A model generated the notes under the pieces. The model had not been told where the DNA came from and did no database searches. It saw only the letters and a list, made by a program, of their open reading frames with translations. A DNA stretch of 53,900 nt, filler included, from Sphacelaria rigidula (Eukaryota), in assembly GCA_964200075.2 (NCBI GenBank). It is 5 parts of 5 records of this genome, joined end to end, with 100 filler letters (N's around TTAATTAATTAA, not from the genome) between each part and the next. Parts side by side here need not be neighbours in the genome. Positions count along the whole stretch, not along the records: positions 32,401 to 43,100 come from CAXNAA020006063.1; positions 43,201 to 53,900 come from CAXNAA020006064.1; 3 more parts are not named here. One strand, 5' to 3'. Every line of letters starts with the position of its first letter. The first letter of the stretch is position 1. Of the stretch, positions 36,063 to 49,659 are shown piece by piece. Made by a program: the position numbers and the translations under genes.

Positions 36063-38069
36063 GAAGCGGAAGGGTTGTTGAGTTTGACTCAGATTCGGAG
36101 CGAGGACGTAGGCCTAAGTGCGCTCGCAGCGATGTGGCCCCATGAGGGTGAGTCGCCAGGAACTTGGGGAGCCGCAATAACTCGCTCGTCGGTTCCCGCG
36201 GCAGAACATAAGTCGGACCAAGACTATGGTGGTGGGGAGGCTTCAGCTGAGGAGCTGATATCAGGTACAGGTAACCCTAAAACCGTTCTCGAACAGGCGA
36301 AGGCAATCTTGATGGACAACATGCAACTCGCTTTATTACAAGGACGGGACTCCCGTCTTGGACCCATCAAGGATCGGTTGAAGGGAAGGCCTAAGGACGA
36401 AGGAGTTGGTAAGAGGCGGGATGCGTACGTGCTAGATGAGAATAATCTGTTATGGTACACTTCCCCCAAGGAGCCAGCCAAATTGCCTATCCCACGCAGC
36501 TTAGTGCCAGGCCTGCTTGCGTGGGTACACACTATGCACGGGCATGCTGGGGTAATGAGGACGACTGCGGTAGTCAACGCACGGTACGAATGGCCTGGTT
36601 TTTTTGCCGATACCCGCAAATACGTGTTGTCGTGTGGATGTCGCCGGCGCAAGCGTACCAACAGTCACACCTCAGCGATGCGACCCGCACGATTCCTGCG
36701 TGCATGGGAAGTGTTAGAGATGGATATATCAGACATGAAGCAAGTTTCCGCCTCAGGTAACCGGTACTTGCTGATCATCGTGGATCGAGCAACCAAGTTT
36801 CTCTTTGCTTCTCCACTGGCTGCCAAGCTCACGGTGCCCGTCGCGAAATGTCTGTTGAAGCTTTTCTTGACGTTCGGGGTACCCTATTTTCTAAGGAGTG
36901 ACGCTGGGGGGGAGTTCACGTCGGAGGTGGTGAACCATTTATGCCGGTGGATGAAGGTGAAGCTGGATCATGGTCCGGCAGAGCACCCTCGCGGTCAAGG
37001 CGCGGTGGAAAGGTACGGTGGATGGTTGCACGACGTTTTAGCCGAGCTCTGTAAGCAATGGCCGGAAAGGTGGGATAAGTATGTAGACCCCGCTGTGTGG
37101 ATTCACCGTACTACTCTCGATCCAGCGTTGCCTAACAGCCCGACTCCATTTAAGCTGCATTTTGGGCGCGAGCCATGCACCCAAGTAGACGCGGTGTCAC
37201 CCGAGGCGGAATCTCCACCGTTGAATAACACGGTGGAACAACAACGCCAGAACTTGAAGGAGGTTCACGAGCTGCTGACCCAACGCCACAAGAAAAGGGA
37301 GGAAGTACGGTTGGCTCGAAACGCCGAGTTGGCCCGCCAGTCAGCAGGGTCACGAGCTCAGGTAGGGGATCTAGTGTTGGTGAAAGAGTCCGACAGCTCC
37401 CTCGTACACGAAAATGTGCCAGCTAAACTAGTGCACGACTTGTGGACGGGGCCATGGAAGATACAGCAAGTGGTGATACCCGGTCTCAGCCTTAAGGTCA
37501 GTATGCAAGGGCGTGAGGTACGGGAACGGACGGTCTCGGCAGCCAATGTGAAGAAACTTCATGTGCGCCCTCAACAGCTGCGGCATCCGTTTCCGGAGGA
37601 ATACTCTCAGTTAGCGTGGGGGGCTGATTTGGGGGTAGCTGAGGAGATCACGACCGTTCCGCAACTGTATACATTGACAGATAGGAAAGTGGTGTTAGGG
37701 TCAGGATCGTCCTCGAAGTGGGCCTATCGGGGGTTGTTTCATGACGGAACCGAGTCTCACTGGCTTTCAGAGGAGGAAGTTTTGGACAGTTTCACTGGGC
37801 TACAGTTGGACGTGTTTCATGCTTTGTGGGAACTATATAACCCGCAAACCAAACCGCGCCCATCCGTTAACCCATCTCGAGCGGAAAGAGACTCTTTTGC
37901 TCGGGATGAAGCTTTGCGACTCATTCCTCGAGGGACCAGAATGCGTAAACAGTATGTGGACAACCAAGGTGAGCGGCAGGAGTTCAACGGGGAAGTGTTC
38001 GACTTCCGTCAGCCGTATTACCGTATCAAGTATGAGGATGGGGATTGGGAAGAGATGACGCCGTCGTAG
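35940..38069 (+). pseudogene. Gypsy integrase with C-terminal chromo-like and Tudor-like domains (709-aa open segment of pol)
   Basis: HTMHGHAG...SCGC zinc-binding region, DDE core, GPW (GPY/F) motif. Then YTLTDRKVV...WAYRGLFHDGTESHWLSEEEV (chromo-like) and GTRMRKQY...FNGEVFDFRQPYYRIKYEDGDWEEM (Tudor-like). Confidence 0.88.
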
Positions 38070-38311
38070 GTGCGGAAAAATGCGGTGAAGGAACAGGGTA
38101 CTAGAGCCGCTTCAGGATCTAATTAATGGGGAAAAGTGATCGTTCTGCACGGTGTTTAAATTCCCTACGTGGTCTAACCCGGCAGAACGAGTATCAAGAT
38201 CGACGGCTACACCCCGACGCTGAGCACTCGGAAGAGGGACATGGTAACGCGGCGATCCATCGTGTGAATCACGTCAGTCCCAGGGTTTTCAATCCTAGGA
38301 CTGAGGGGCGG

Positions 38312-39144
38312 TGTTACTGATCGCGGCGTGATGCGGTGGAAAGGGGGACAGTACAATGATGGGCCGTTGATTCGGAACGAAGATACGCGCGCGGAGGGCT
38401 GATCGCGGGAACTGGCTAGTACCTGCGGTCAGGGGTGAGGATGTTAAGTAATCCGTCAAGATACGGAGTACATACACATGCCTCTTACATCTGGTTGAAT
38501 CCGATTCTTTCTAAGAATCGGTGCAATGCTATGTTGCCCTGGTGTTCAGAACTTCTCGAGAAGGCTCTGGCTATCAACACCACCAAGGAACGAAAGAAAA
38601 TCGAATCACCTGAAGCTGTGAACAAAGATATCCTGACGATCGACATGTACTGTACTGCGTTGGACTGTCTCCCCACGTGCTGTGAGCTTACGATTGTTAC
38701 AAGAATAGCGGTGAGACGGTTTGGAGCTTGAGTACTTAATGAACAGATGTGAAAGGATCGACCTGTAGTAAATGAATATGAACGAACTTGTGCACAAGTG
38801 GTCGGCAGTCAAATAATAAGTAGAACGAAAGGTCCCACCCGAAATAGTGAAATTTCGTACTCGTTGACCGAGGTTTTGTTATTTACCTAGTTCAGTGATC
38901 AACCTGCACTGTAGAGTTAGGCAAATGTTGACAACAACTGGAGACTGTCGTTCGTTTGTATCATGGCGCTTCTCACCGAGACTATTGTGTTCGATCATAT
39001 CATCTGTGGTGCGGCTCAAGCCAGGAGAGGTAAAAATGTTCAGGAAGATGTTCACTGAGTTTTACTATTTTCATAGTAATAAAGAGAGAAAAATATGTGC
39101 GTTTTCATCACCTCGCCATAACTTAGCAAGGGCATCACGTGACA
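38312..39144 (+). repeat. Putative 3' LTR of the Gypsy element
   Basis: Purine-rich tract AGGACTGAGGGGCGG immediately precedes TGTTAC at 38312. Ends GTGACA at 39144, an imperfect terminal inverted repeat. AATAAA near 39078. No 5' LTR is available to confirm. Confidence 0.55.
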
Positions 39145-39268
39145 AAGCAAATAATCAGCCATAATAATGCGCGCTGGGTGATGCGCGCTGGGAGCGACGC
39201 GCTTGTGCTCACGCTTACGACGACACAAAGGTAATCAAGCTACGGAGACCACAATAATGGTCCCCACC

Positions 39269-39518
39269 GACACTTTCTACGATAGTCCCCCCCAAAACCA
39301 AGCCAAAAGTGTCACAAAAAAATATGGCCATACAGCGCCTGATGCTGGGGTTCACGCCGCATGAAGCGCCTCATATTGGCGACATTGGCTAATACGAACC
39401 CAAGCGTGGGAGTTCCCAGCTGCTCGTTGTGCTCGACTTTTCCCATTTCGATCTATGTAAAGATTTTGTCTTCCAGAACCATGCACTTTTTGGGGAGGGG
39501 CTATCGTAGAAAGTGTCC
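39269..39518. mobile_element. ~250-bp MITE, same family as 23714-23965
   Basis: GACACTTTCTACGATAG ... CTATCGTAGAAAGTGTC termini and shared internal sequence. Confidence 0.8.
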
Positions 39519-40351
39519 ACCGCGCTTGGGTAAGGTGAAGAGACGCAAGCAGTCGAATCATTATAAATAATCAATGTACTCTTGACCATGACAGGTACCC
39601 CGCAAAAATAACTGCGAGATACAATGCTGCTCAGGCAAAGATTTCAATTCTGCCGCGTACGTACGGAAAGAGTGAAGTGTAATTCGTTGCCTCAAGCAAC
39701 AGCGGGCAAGAGCTATGCTTCTATCATGAAACGCGTGCAGAACTCCACGTGCCATAACATCAATTAACGGGATTATCATCCCAGGATCATAGACCGAACA
39801 ACGCACAATAGAGCAAGAGGAATGATAGCCTAAACCGGAAGCCACAAAAATTTGCACTCGCGAAAAAGATGCTTCAAGATAAGACAGCTGCTCAGGCGGG
39901 AGTTTACGTTCGTCGTGCGTACTGCTGTAATGAGCGGAGATTGTAAATACCCGCCAATGACGCGAATCAGTGGGCTCATATCCATATAAATAACAGTATG
40001 GTCTCGGGATATTGTACGTCGACTGAGACTCAACCGAAGTATGAATTGATACATGAACTGAGGCTACGAGATGAACCTCAAGACTAAGGTCCATCCCGGG
40101 GTGCTTGCACCGCTTGAAGATGCGTGTCCACAACGTTAGCGTAGCGATATCGCTCACAGCGTGACTTCGGAGGTGGCTATACGCTAGTCCTGTGCGCGAT
40201 GCCATTTGAGTTAAGTAAAACGACGTGCCGCCCACGCAGTTCGATTCGACACTCTTACAGTTCAAAGTCAGGATCTTTAGCTATGCTTGATTGAGCAGGA
40301 GGCGCGGAATTGATATCGGAAGGCATGAGTCTCTACACGTTGTATCCGTTA

Positions 40352-40778
40352 AATGCAACAGCTGCACGCACGATTTTTGACGCGTGATACAGCTGGCAGG
40401 AGCAACGTGGCGCTGTATGCACCCATTATGTTGCACACTGTGTTGTTACACGTGAACGCCGCCCCGGTTAAATGCACTATACCCCGCATAATTACCGTCC
40501 GCTAATGCGCGACACTGGCACATTGGGTCGGTGTTACATCGAATGTTGCCAGAGATAGTTGGCACCGCTCGGTGTCTCCTTTACATGCAACACAGCCACG
40601 CGCACGGTTTTTGACGCGTGATACAGCTGGCAGGAGCAACGTGGCGCTGGCTACACCCATTAGAAAAAATTGTATTGTTGTACGTGAACGCCGCACCGGT
40701 TGAATGGACTATGCATTACCGAATTGCTGTCCGCTAATGCGCGACACTGGCCCAGCGGGTCGGTGTTTCCTCGAACGT
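40352..40778. repeat. Tandem ~235-bp duplication
   Basis: TTTTTGACGCGTGATACAGCTGGCAGGAGCAACGTGGCGCTG and GTCCGCTAATGCGCGACACTGG each occur twice. Confidence 0.85.
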
Positions 40779-43347
40779 CATCAGATTTTAGTGGCTGCGA
40801 TGGGGCGAAAAACCGAAACAATCAGGGGGGTATTCACAGCAAGCAACTGCTGATGTGAGCTGTTGATTGGGAGTAATGAGCGCCGATGTGTGCGGTACAC
40901 ACCAAGCCGATGCTGCTGTTATACCCTCCCGTTTGGTTTTAGCGGGAAAACCGATATGCCGCACCTCGCTTCATGCTTTGAGTGACACGAGTGCTACTTC
41001 GAGCAAGAGCCGGATCCAGTGGTATGGATTGTTTAGACCGGTCCCAAATGAGGATGCTTGGATCTTTATGCCGCTGCACCGGTTGTCAAATCCACCCCAC
41101 CCAACAGCTGCGGTGCGCTCGGTGATAGCCGCGCGATGTAGCTTCTAGGAGCAACGTTGTGTTTTCTTTACCCACCATGTTACGGTTACGGTGAGATACC
41201 TGTGAATCTGCGATAGCGCTCGAACGAAACAGGGATCACAGGAAACAATAAAACAAAATGAGGGTATCTTCACCAGTACGGTTAAATTATCCCGAAATGA
41301 GGGGTGTTGATGTCAAATCAATCCTTTCCGCAGACTGTACTGACTGTCGCAACTACAATACAGTACAGGTGCCCAACGCACGGCACTAGCGCGACAGAGC
41401 GTTGTTCGTCTCACCGAAAAGGAAAGAGTCCACATACCCACGAAGTTTTCAACAGAAGTGCAGACAGCACTGCGTGCGACTAAGATTGGTTTCGGTAGGG
41501 ACGAGCACAACAACAGGATCACTGCTCATGCAATCCAAAACAGTGTCCGTGATTCGTGGATGTACCGCAGCAGAACAGACAGGAAAAGCTTCGACACCTG
41601 AGAGGGCTTGAAGGCTTTTGCTATGAGACAGTAGGCAAACAAGATGTTCCATGGTTTAGTCCTCCGGCTGATTGTGGAAGGGTCTTCAAATTGAAGCCAA
41701 CGCCAAGTCAACACTCCACTATAGCCGCACTTCTTTCTATTCACCTTGGGTTATCCGGATCGGTTTTGGGAAGGTTGACGCGAGATGCGAGCTTCACACG
41801 CTAATTAACTAAGCAGATTCGGGCACGGTACATCTTCGGTACGCCGACTTCTGTACACCAAGCGGTCAGACCTCTGTCAATTACCCCACACTTGCATCTG
41901 GGTAAACTGATTATGTACACAGTACCATACCCATGTTATCACACGGTAATTGAGTGACTCAGCTGTATTATAATGCACTGAAATTCGGTACCGCTGCGTC
42001 TGTATAGCTTTACGACAAATACTGTAGCGCATCCAGGCGGGCAGTTAGGTTGTGGTGACGCTACATCAGCCGTTCACCGACACCAGCCATGCTTGAAAGG
42101 CCGTACTTCAAAACCTGACATGTTGACTGTGATGCGGCTTCACAACGCCGCCGCGTACCGTTACTCGCCAGGTACATGCAGGTTCACAGTGCTACCGCGT
42201 GTCTGGTAGAAATGATGTAAAGAAGGTGGCGGTTGAAACTAACGATGCGCGGTAGATCGAAACGTTCCGTCTATCAAACCCTTAAACTTATCGCGACCTG
42301 CCTTCGCGAGTCTCTATCAAATTATGAATTACGCATGCCGACAGACTGAGCAGACACTCGTCATTAACGGAAAGTTGCGAAGTTTGAATGGACGAACACG
42401 GCACCCCCCCGGTCAGGGGGGGCAGGTCATTGAGTTGCGGGAGGTTCACTGTTATGAAAAATGGATGTACACCTTTGGATAGCTCGAGGGCTGGGCGTTG
42501 TACTAGTGTGTAGCAATTATGACAGTATCTACTAGAATGTACACACCTTTTCGATTACCCGCTCCATATTATCGAAAGGAAATAACACGATGAATCAAGG
42601 ATGATCCACCATCAGTCATCAATAGCTCAAGGAATGGCATCCATGTTCACCCTGGCTGGGGTGATCAACTCAACACTGCCACGATTGGGCAGCTACGGAG
42701 AGTGCTGCGAGACAAGATACCTGTACGAGGCCACCAGACGGACACTACACCATCTCCCGTTGTCTGTCCACTCTGCACCTATCGACAATCAAATTCCAAC
42801 GCGGTTTGTCTGTCTGTGCATGCTATGACCACCATCAGACAAGGCTGGGTTTGTCTAGGCAGGGCTTCTGGTCTTGAGGGTGTACGGGTTCCACACATTC
42901 CTTTTGCCGGTATATATCGAGAAGAAACCGACCAGGCGGTTGGCTGGTACGGAACAACGAAAGTTATAATTGCAGACATTATGCACTATGCTAGCATGGA
43001 AGCCAGACAACGTGTGAATGAATTGGGGAATGCGCGTGAGTCCGGAGTATGCGTGCGTTATACAATAGGCTCACCTACAAGCAGGCAGGAAATCACTACA
43101 NNNNNNNNNNNNNNNNNNNNNNNNNNNNNNNNNNNNNNNNNNNNTTAATTAATTAANNNNNNNNNNNNNNNNNNNNNNNNNNNNNNNNNNNNNNNNNNNN
43201 CCCCTCTTCCCCCTCCTCCCATTCTCGTATGGTTCCTTTATTAGTTTTTGTCAGTCTATGGCTTCGTAGCCGCGTCTGATCGTCTCCTGCCTGCCCATCT
43301 ATCCCTCTTCCTTCATTCCCCGCCCCCGTCATGGTCATTTCTCTCAC

Positions 43348-45806
43348 CAGAGTGCTGACAGCAAAAATGCAAGCGGTGAGCCCCATGGAGGTCTCGTTGT
43401 CGAACATCCCCTGTGTATCCACCAGCAAGACCGCCACGTCTTTTCCCACCTCCGTCCGTCGCACGAACGGTTCGGACCACATCCAGATACCGGTCGTCAT
43501 GCGCTCAGCCCCGCCTCGCCACGCGAAACTCCTCAACGCCTCCTCAGCCCCTGAGTCCCCCGATGTGTCCCCATCTTGCGCCTGTCCGTCTATCGCCGGT
43601 TTGGCAACACTAGCATTGCGGTTGCCCTCGCGAAGGCAGGGCCCGTCGGCCGTCATCCATGCATCTGAAGGGTCGCTGGCCGATCTGTGTCAAGACGACA
43701 ATCAATCAATCGCGAAAAATAGTTCACTCAAATAGAACCCCTCCCTCCCAAAAGCGCATGCACGTGCGGTGGTGTGCGCGAATAAATCTGACCGGTGGAA
43801 TACACACCGCACTGCCGTGTGGTGCATCAAGCAGAAGGCTCCGATAGTTTCCCATGCTGACTTTACCCACGCTTAAAGAAACAGGTACTCATCACATGTA
43901 ATTTTTCATGACATTGATGACAGAGGATACACTATATACGCGGGGTGCTTGGAGTGGAGTGTGACATTGCTACCATATATGAAATAACATCAACACTCCG
44001 GCCTGACATTCGGGCATCAACCAATACAGTCACCATACCCTTGTTGTTGCTACACAATATGAGGAGAAATGGAGTGTTCTAACACAGCCTGAAATAGGTC
44101 GACAAAACACCGACGAGCTGTGAAAGGGCAATAGTCGCAAATCTGTCCGAAAAAGATGTTTTACACGGTACATTAGGAGCAAGTACGGTTCAAAACAAGG
44201 CGTCGCCAGAAACGGTCGAGGAACCGGAGGCTGTACGGTTCAACACGAGGTACCGAAAGGAACGATCGGGAACCAGTATTGTAGCCGGGTCGATTCAGCC
44301 GAGCCAGATGGCTATTTAGATCCCTATCGAAATTCCTATAGTTGGGGTTCAAAGAAGCTTCAGAGAATAGGGTCCAGAGAGGCTCCAGAAAAGAATTTGA
44401 CGGATACGGCGTTCGCGCAAGGCCACCAACTCCAACGGAGTTCCTCTTCTTTCCCATCTGCTACCCTACGTAACTAGGCCAAGGCTAATCCCGAATGCCC
44501 AGCAGTAGTACTGAGACAATCGTTGTAGACAAAGTGTGGTGACAGACAGGAGAGGGCTGAAAGATAAAATTATCAAGACGTCAGTAAAATAGAAACCATC
44601 ATACACTCTTGAGGTAAGCCAACGACATATCGTCTTGGAGAGGCTGTAATGTACCACTAGCTATCCACTGGCGTCAGATAGTATCGAACATAGTCCAACG
44701 CTCAAATTTAATAGTACAAAACACGCAAACAACGGCGCGAATACGGGTTCGATCCCTCAAGTCCACAGACTCGTCGTCAGCCAGGGTGAGGGAGGGGTGG
44801 GAGACAAAATTCACGACGCAAAGGACACCTCGTGGAACCAACAGTTGTCAAGCCTCCACCAGGAAAAGTGCTATTTTGAGCGGAAAGCGCCTGTGCTACC
44901 TTCCACAAACCGGCAATGCACTTCCCGCCCCCGCCCCCCTAATGTCTTCCTGTTGAACGTGGGAAAACAATATGGCAATGAATGTGTAAAACTGTGCTGT
45001 ATGCATCGCGCACCCGCTGTTGAGGTACCGAAGGAAGAAGCTGAGCAGGAAAGACTTGCCCGTTCGGAAGGCGCCGACGACAGATACAACCGACACCTCC
45101 ATACCCTCGGGCACCTTCGCCAGAGAAAAACAGCAAGAAAAGAGAGTAAGCACACAAGAAAACAGCGAGGCAGCGAAGTTATTATTCAAACAAAAGAAAC
45201 GAAAAAGAAACAGAGACACAGACACAGACACAGCGGGCACACGACGGTATCGTTGCAAGGAAAAATCCGCTGGGCCTTTAACTGAACCTTCGACATTGAT
45301 TTGTCTCCTGGTCAAGGACGCCATGCTGTGGTTGTTGGTGATTGCTTCATCTGTAACTACTCAAGTACCTGTCTGTATTGCATCGTGTATTTCGGTCTTA
45401 GCAACTCAAGGTCAAGGATATTCGCGTACCGAAAAATAAGACGCCCAGGCGACGGTAAAAAATCTAACAAGGGAAGATATCCTTTAGGATGTCTTTCAAA
45501 ATAGTGATAAAATGTTGTCATAAAAGATCTACGCAGACGAAAAAGTAGATACACCCAGGGTTCATACTTCTTTGCCAAAGAGTGCTAGGGTTTCAGGGTT
45601 TGGGATGGGGCGATGGCCAAGTTCCACCTTCTTCATCGTTGCTGCCTGCAATATGTATAAAACGGCTAGTTCCTGGTACGCACAGCACCTGGGCAAAGGA
45701 ATGGCATGCTCACACCCATATTTATATACGTCGCACATAGCTTTAAAAACACGGAAGGGAATGCATGCACATGGCGGGGAAAGGCTGTCTTGGCTGCTGC
45801 TTGGGG

Positions 45807-45865
<59 letters not shown>

Positions 45866-48095
45866 CATTTGCTGATTGCCTTAGTCATGTGACCATTGAC
45901 CACGCATCCCTTTCGAGACGGAGAACCGTTTTCTCGGGAAGGAGGGGGGAGGGCGTACTCATTTGTTGCTTGCCTTAGTCGTGTTACTACTGACCACGCA
46001 CTCCTTTCGAGGCGGAGCACCAGGGAGGAGGGGGTGGGGGGTGTGAAATATCACACGTGTAACGTTTCAATGCGTTGATCGAATAATCGATGTTATCGCG
46101 GCGCTTACTTGACTCCCAACTTGATGATCACTGTCGCTCTTGAGAAACACAACAAGATGCATGTGGAGCATGCCGAAATCACAACCAACATGTTCATGAT
46201 GCACAAGGGGCACGAATAAACACGGCCATAAGTTCATACTATGATAAGCTATCATGTGCCTGGTGCGATATTGCCAGCTCACGCCGGAAGTTGTGTGTTG
46301 GCTTGAAGACATTTAGATCTTCAGGTGGAATCTTCCTGTGGCCGATAGCTACTGCATTCTACGCCAACGGCCGGCACTCTCTGAATTTTTCTCACACTTC
46401 ATCAAAACAACAACAGGAACACGTGTTTCCAGTTCAGGATGCGTCGTTATCACCTTTGGCTACTCCAAACTATCTGCGCAAACAAGTGCTTTCTGCGGGA
46501 GCTAATCACGTCGTTAGGTGACCAAATCGCGGGAAAGGAGCGGATCAGACCCGCCAATCAAGTTGAGACACCTTTTGATTTTTGTCTCCTGAGGCTGAGC
46601 CATCTCGCATCCACCCTGAATTGTTTCAAGAAGATCAACGGTAGAAAAAACGGAAAGTGACTGATGGACTCAGCCCAATAGATGCAGCAAAAAGAGCGAC
46701 GGAGCTTGCTTGTTCGTAAGGCGGGTGCGAACACGCCATACGAATTACAGCCGATAACTCCAAAACTAGGCGGGGCAAAAGCTGAGAAAATGTATCTCGT
46801 TTTTTTCCCACTGGGACCAGCTCGTACACGGGGAAAAGGTACAGCAACCCTCCGTTGAACATAACATGATGCGACAAGAAGTTTTTGCTTTTCTTCCGCC
46901 TTTTTCGAGGCACCGTCGGAACACTTGCTGGCAAAATTCTGTGCCTGAAGAACTCTCCGAGCAAAAACATTGTTGTGTTCGACGAATGTTGACTCGAAAT
47001 TGCGTAGGTTCACACATGTACTGATTCGAGGCAAAACACGCGGTGGCGTACCTTTTCTAGACCAAAGACCACAAAATTGTCTGACAAAACACACACGACT
47101 GACTTTGTCGTTCACCTGCAACCGATCCCCTTCACTCATCCCCTCCTTTCCATAGAAAATTACACCGAAATTATATATTGTGACTCCGGGATAGAGGGGG
47201 ATTATTAGGGGGAATTTATCGCGTGTCGTTTACTTGAATCATGGCAAAGGCGTGGCAAGTGGAACCTAACACAAAATCTCAATTTTATTACCGGGCCCAA
47301 ATTTGAGGGCGGGGGTTAGGATACTGAGGTAATAAGATGCCAAACCCGGTACAGTCCCCACAACCCTGAAGGTGAAGTTGGTACACGTGTCGAGACGCTG
47401 TTGCTGGACCCAACGCAAGAATGTGCGCACGCTGTTTTCGAGAGATTGGTACGAAGTGACCGCGAGCCAGAAAATTCAAGCTGGTGAGGTTTAACAAAAG
47501 AGACTCCAGTAGAGCAGGCCGCCAAGTTTTCAGTCTGTGAAAATCACGCTGCGCGTCATTATGAAGGTGTAGGAAATTATAGTTCACCGAACGAAAGAGT
47601 AACATACCCTAGCACCTCCTGCAGCACATGATGATGGGTTCAGAGACCTTCATGTTACTTTTATCGTGGTTTTCGTTCATCGCGTAGAATATTTCTCATA
47701 CTTCTGACCGCCTGGGTGGGTCTTCTAGAAGGTACATACGTTTTTCAAGTGAAAATTATCCCAACTCAACAGATGACCCAGGCGGGCGGGGAAAGGTTTC
47801 AAGATCGAAAGGGGGGGAAGGAAGGGGGGCCAAGGGTGTGGTGACAGAAGTGAGAAGTATCCCACTTCCTGTATATCACGCGTATCGAATAGTCGAATAG
47901 ACAGTCAGTATATTCCTTTACCTTGGCCAGCACGCGGTCTAGATTGTCTTCGCACAGAGTGAAGGAGTAGTCATCCTCCGCGTTTCCAGTCTCCACCAGC
48001 TGCAGGGGGCAATTCTCTATCACTCCCTCCCCCATAGCGCCTCCTGGCACGAAACCCGTCTGCGTTCGCAGCATTGATGGGTCCAACACGGTCAT
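43348..48095 (-). CDS. ATL: Atlastin-type (GB1/RHD3 family) GTPase, spliced, 3'-partial (exons 48095-47922, 45114-45014, 43684-43348)
   Basis: GT-AG exons join in phase (0, then 2: GG|A = Gly). Motifs: P-loop VVSVVGAFRTGKSFLL, FAWRGGAERMTTGIWMWSEPF and VLLVDTQGMFD, matching atlastin G1-G3. The gene continues past the piece edge at 43201. Confidence 0.9.
45809..46016. repeat. (GT)n microsatellite followed by two copies of the ~70-bp element
   Basis: (GT)n 45809-45864 abuts copy 1 (to ~45922). Copy 2 at ~45940-46016. Confidence 0.85.
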
Positions 48096-48270
48096 CCTTC
48101 ACGCCAGAGCTCAGGGCATCGAACACTTGGTGAACTCATGGGGGGGGGGGGGGGGGGGGGGTAGAGGGTTGTTTTATGCGCGGAGAGGGGTGGTGGTGGG
48201 GNNNNNNNNNNGAGCCAGTGGGGGCGAGCGCCCACCCCCCCCCTCCGCGGCGGGGCGGGGGGGACTGGGT

Positions 48271-48304
<34 letters not shown>

Positions 48305-49598
48305 ACGGTATGGGATTGTTCTATGCGCTGCAATCGGTTGTTGCTGGGAGCAGCTGGTCTGGTGTGAGGCCGTCTCTTACTGATATCAAAAAAAGAAGCG
48401 GGAAGAGGAACACGCGTAAAAAAAAAGCGTATTGATTGATCGCCGGGCGGGTCTACGATTTCGGCGAATAATCAACATGCTGTTTTCAGACGCTTATTCC
48501 TTCCTGCTTTTTTTTTTGGTATCGATGATAAGACACTACCTGAGCACTTGCGAAAAATACAGCCAGCCGGAACTCTTTCTTTGTGTATTCACTTTCAACT
48601 TCTCCCCTTGGAAGGGACGTGTCCGTGGTCTCATGGGATCAACCCACTAGGGCCGAAACGCATAAGAACATGGCGGCGCGCACTGCTGCGCCAAGTTGAT
48701 GGGGGATTTTGTTGGGCGCAACCTCCACATGGCCTTGACCAAAGCTAATCCGCTTGCGGGGTAAGTGTTGGGTTAGGTCTCCTTTCGTCAGGGAAAAAAA
48801 AAGAAGAGGATCGACCCGCCTCTCCCCCCGTTAACTGCACCATGGGATGGTACAATCAGGCATGTAAACAAGCTGCGCTGCGCGTAGTGTCCTTTTCGTA
48901 CCGACTGGTCCAGGCAATTCTACGTGTACTGAACACGATGAGATGAGATGCGGAACGAATGAGTATCGCGAAGCACCCGCTTCGGGTGCATAAATGTACC
49001 CACACCATCCGCAATGCTACATGACGCAGTGCCTCTCGCTGTCACGGTGAGCTGCCCAACTATGCTAGCTAGCGTCAAAATGCAAGGAGCGTGCATATAG
49101 GCAAGTCAGAGTGCTCAGAGTGCCCTGCGCGAAGCACTCGAACTGAACCATCTTCGCGAATCAGCACGAGCACCGGACTGACTTGACAACACGAAGAACA
49201 AACCCGTTGTAACCGACGGGAAGGGTTGGCGAGCTTGAGGTTTTGCTGATGCTGTACCGACAGTGCTTTTCTTACTAATATAGAGTACTACAACAACAAT
49301 CCAACACTGATTGACCCATCAGAGAAAGGTACGGTTGCGCCGTACGACTGCGACAGCATACATTCCTTTTCAGTGTTTTCTTGCTGAGAGAGCTACAAGC
49401 TGTGCTCGGTGTGCATGGCGGCCATGGGGGGGAATCACAAAGTATAGGAACGAGCTGTGCTACACAGCTGCTTGCTGTTGTTGCATTGCGAAACAAAGAA
49501 CGCTATCTACATCGATACACATCAATTCCAACATTTGCACGCTGGACGGAGGCACCGCAGAGCAGTTTAATCCTACTCACCATGCCTGAACACTCTTC

Positions 49599-49603
49599 GC
49601 TGC

Positions 49604-49656
<53 letters not shown>
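49599..49656. repeat. (CTG)n microsatellite
   Basis: Directly visible. Confidence 0.95.

Positions 49657-49659
<3 letters not shown>

Larger units (their letters stand above)
32440..39144 (+). mobile_element. Decayed Ty3/Gypsy LTR retrotransposon (PR-RT-RNase H-MTase-like-IN-chromo-Tudor, 3' LTR), 5'-truncated at piece edge
   Basis: Retropepsin C-half (VRVVDGLPYGFISGASFF); RT (RLCQDYRGPN, SVDSASGFF, NWLDDIL); RNase H (VHSDASEFAAGAAL, FTLVTDC); integrase (H..H..CGC, LEMDI, LRSDAGGEF, GAVER). PR-RT-RH-IN order is Gypsy. Stops at 32958, 33375, 33878, 34604, 35456, 35594, 38067 and a frameshift near 33705. Confidence 0.93.

Noticed and set aside
39561-40265. 234-aa minus-strand ORF
   Set aside because: No recognisable motifs or splice structure; probably a chance ORF in repeat-derived DNA.
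44167-44655. 9-bp inverted ends GGTACATTA/TAATGTACC suggesting a TIR element or solo LTR
   Set aside because: The match is too short, with no TSD and no second copy in the window.
46531-47151. Possible MITE with GGAAAGGAG.GGAT ends containing a 193-aa ORF
   Set aside because: The TIR is short and imperfect, and the ORF has no recognisable motif; insufficient support.
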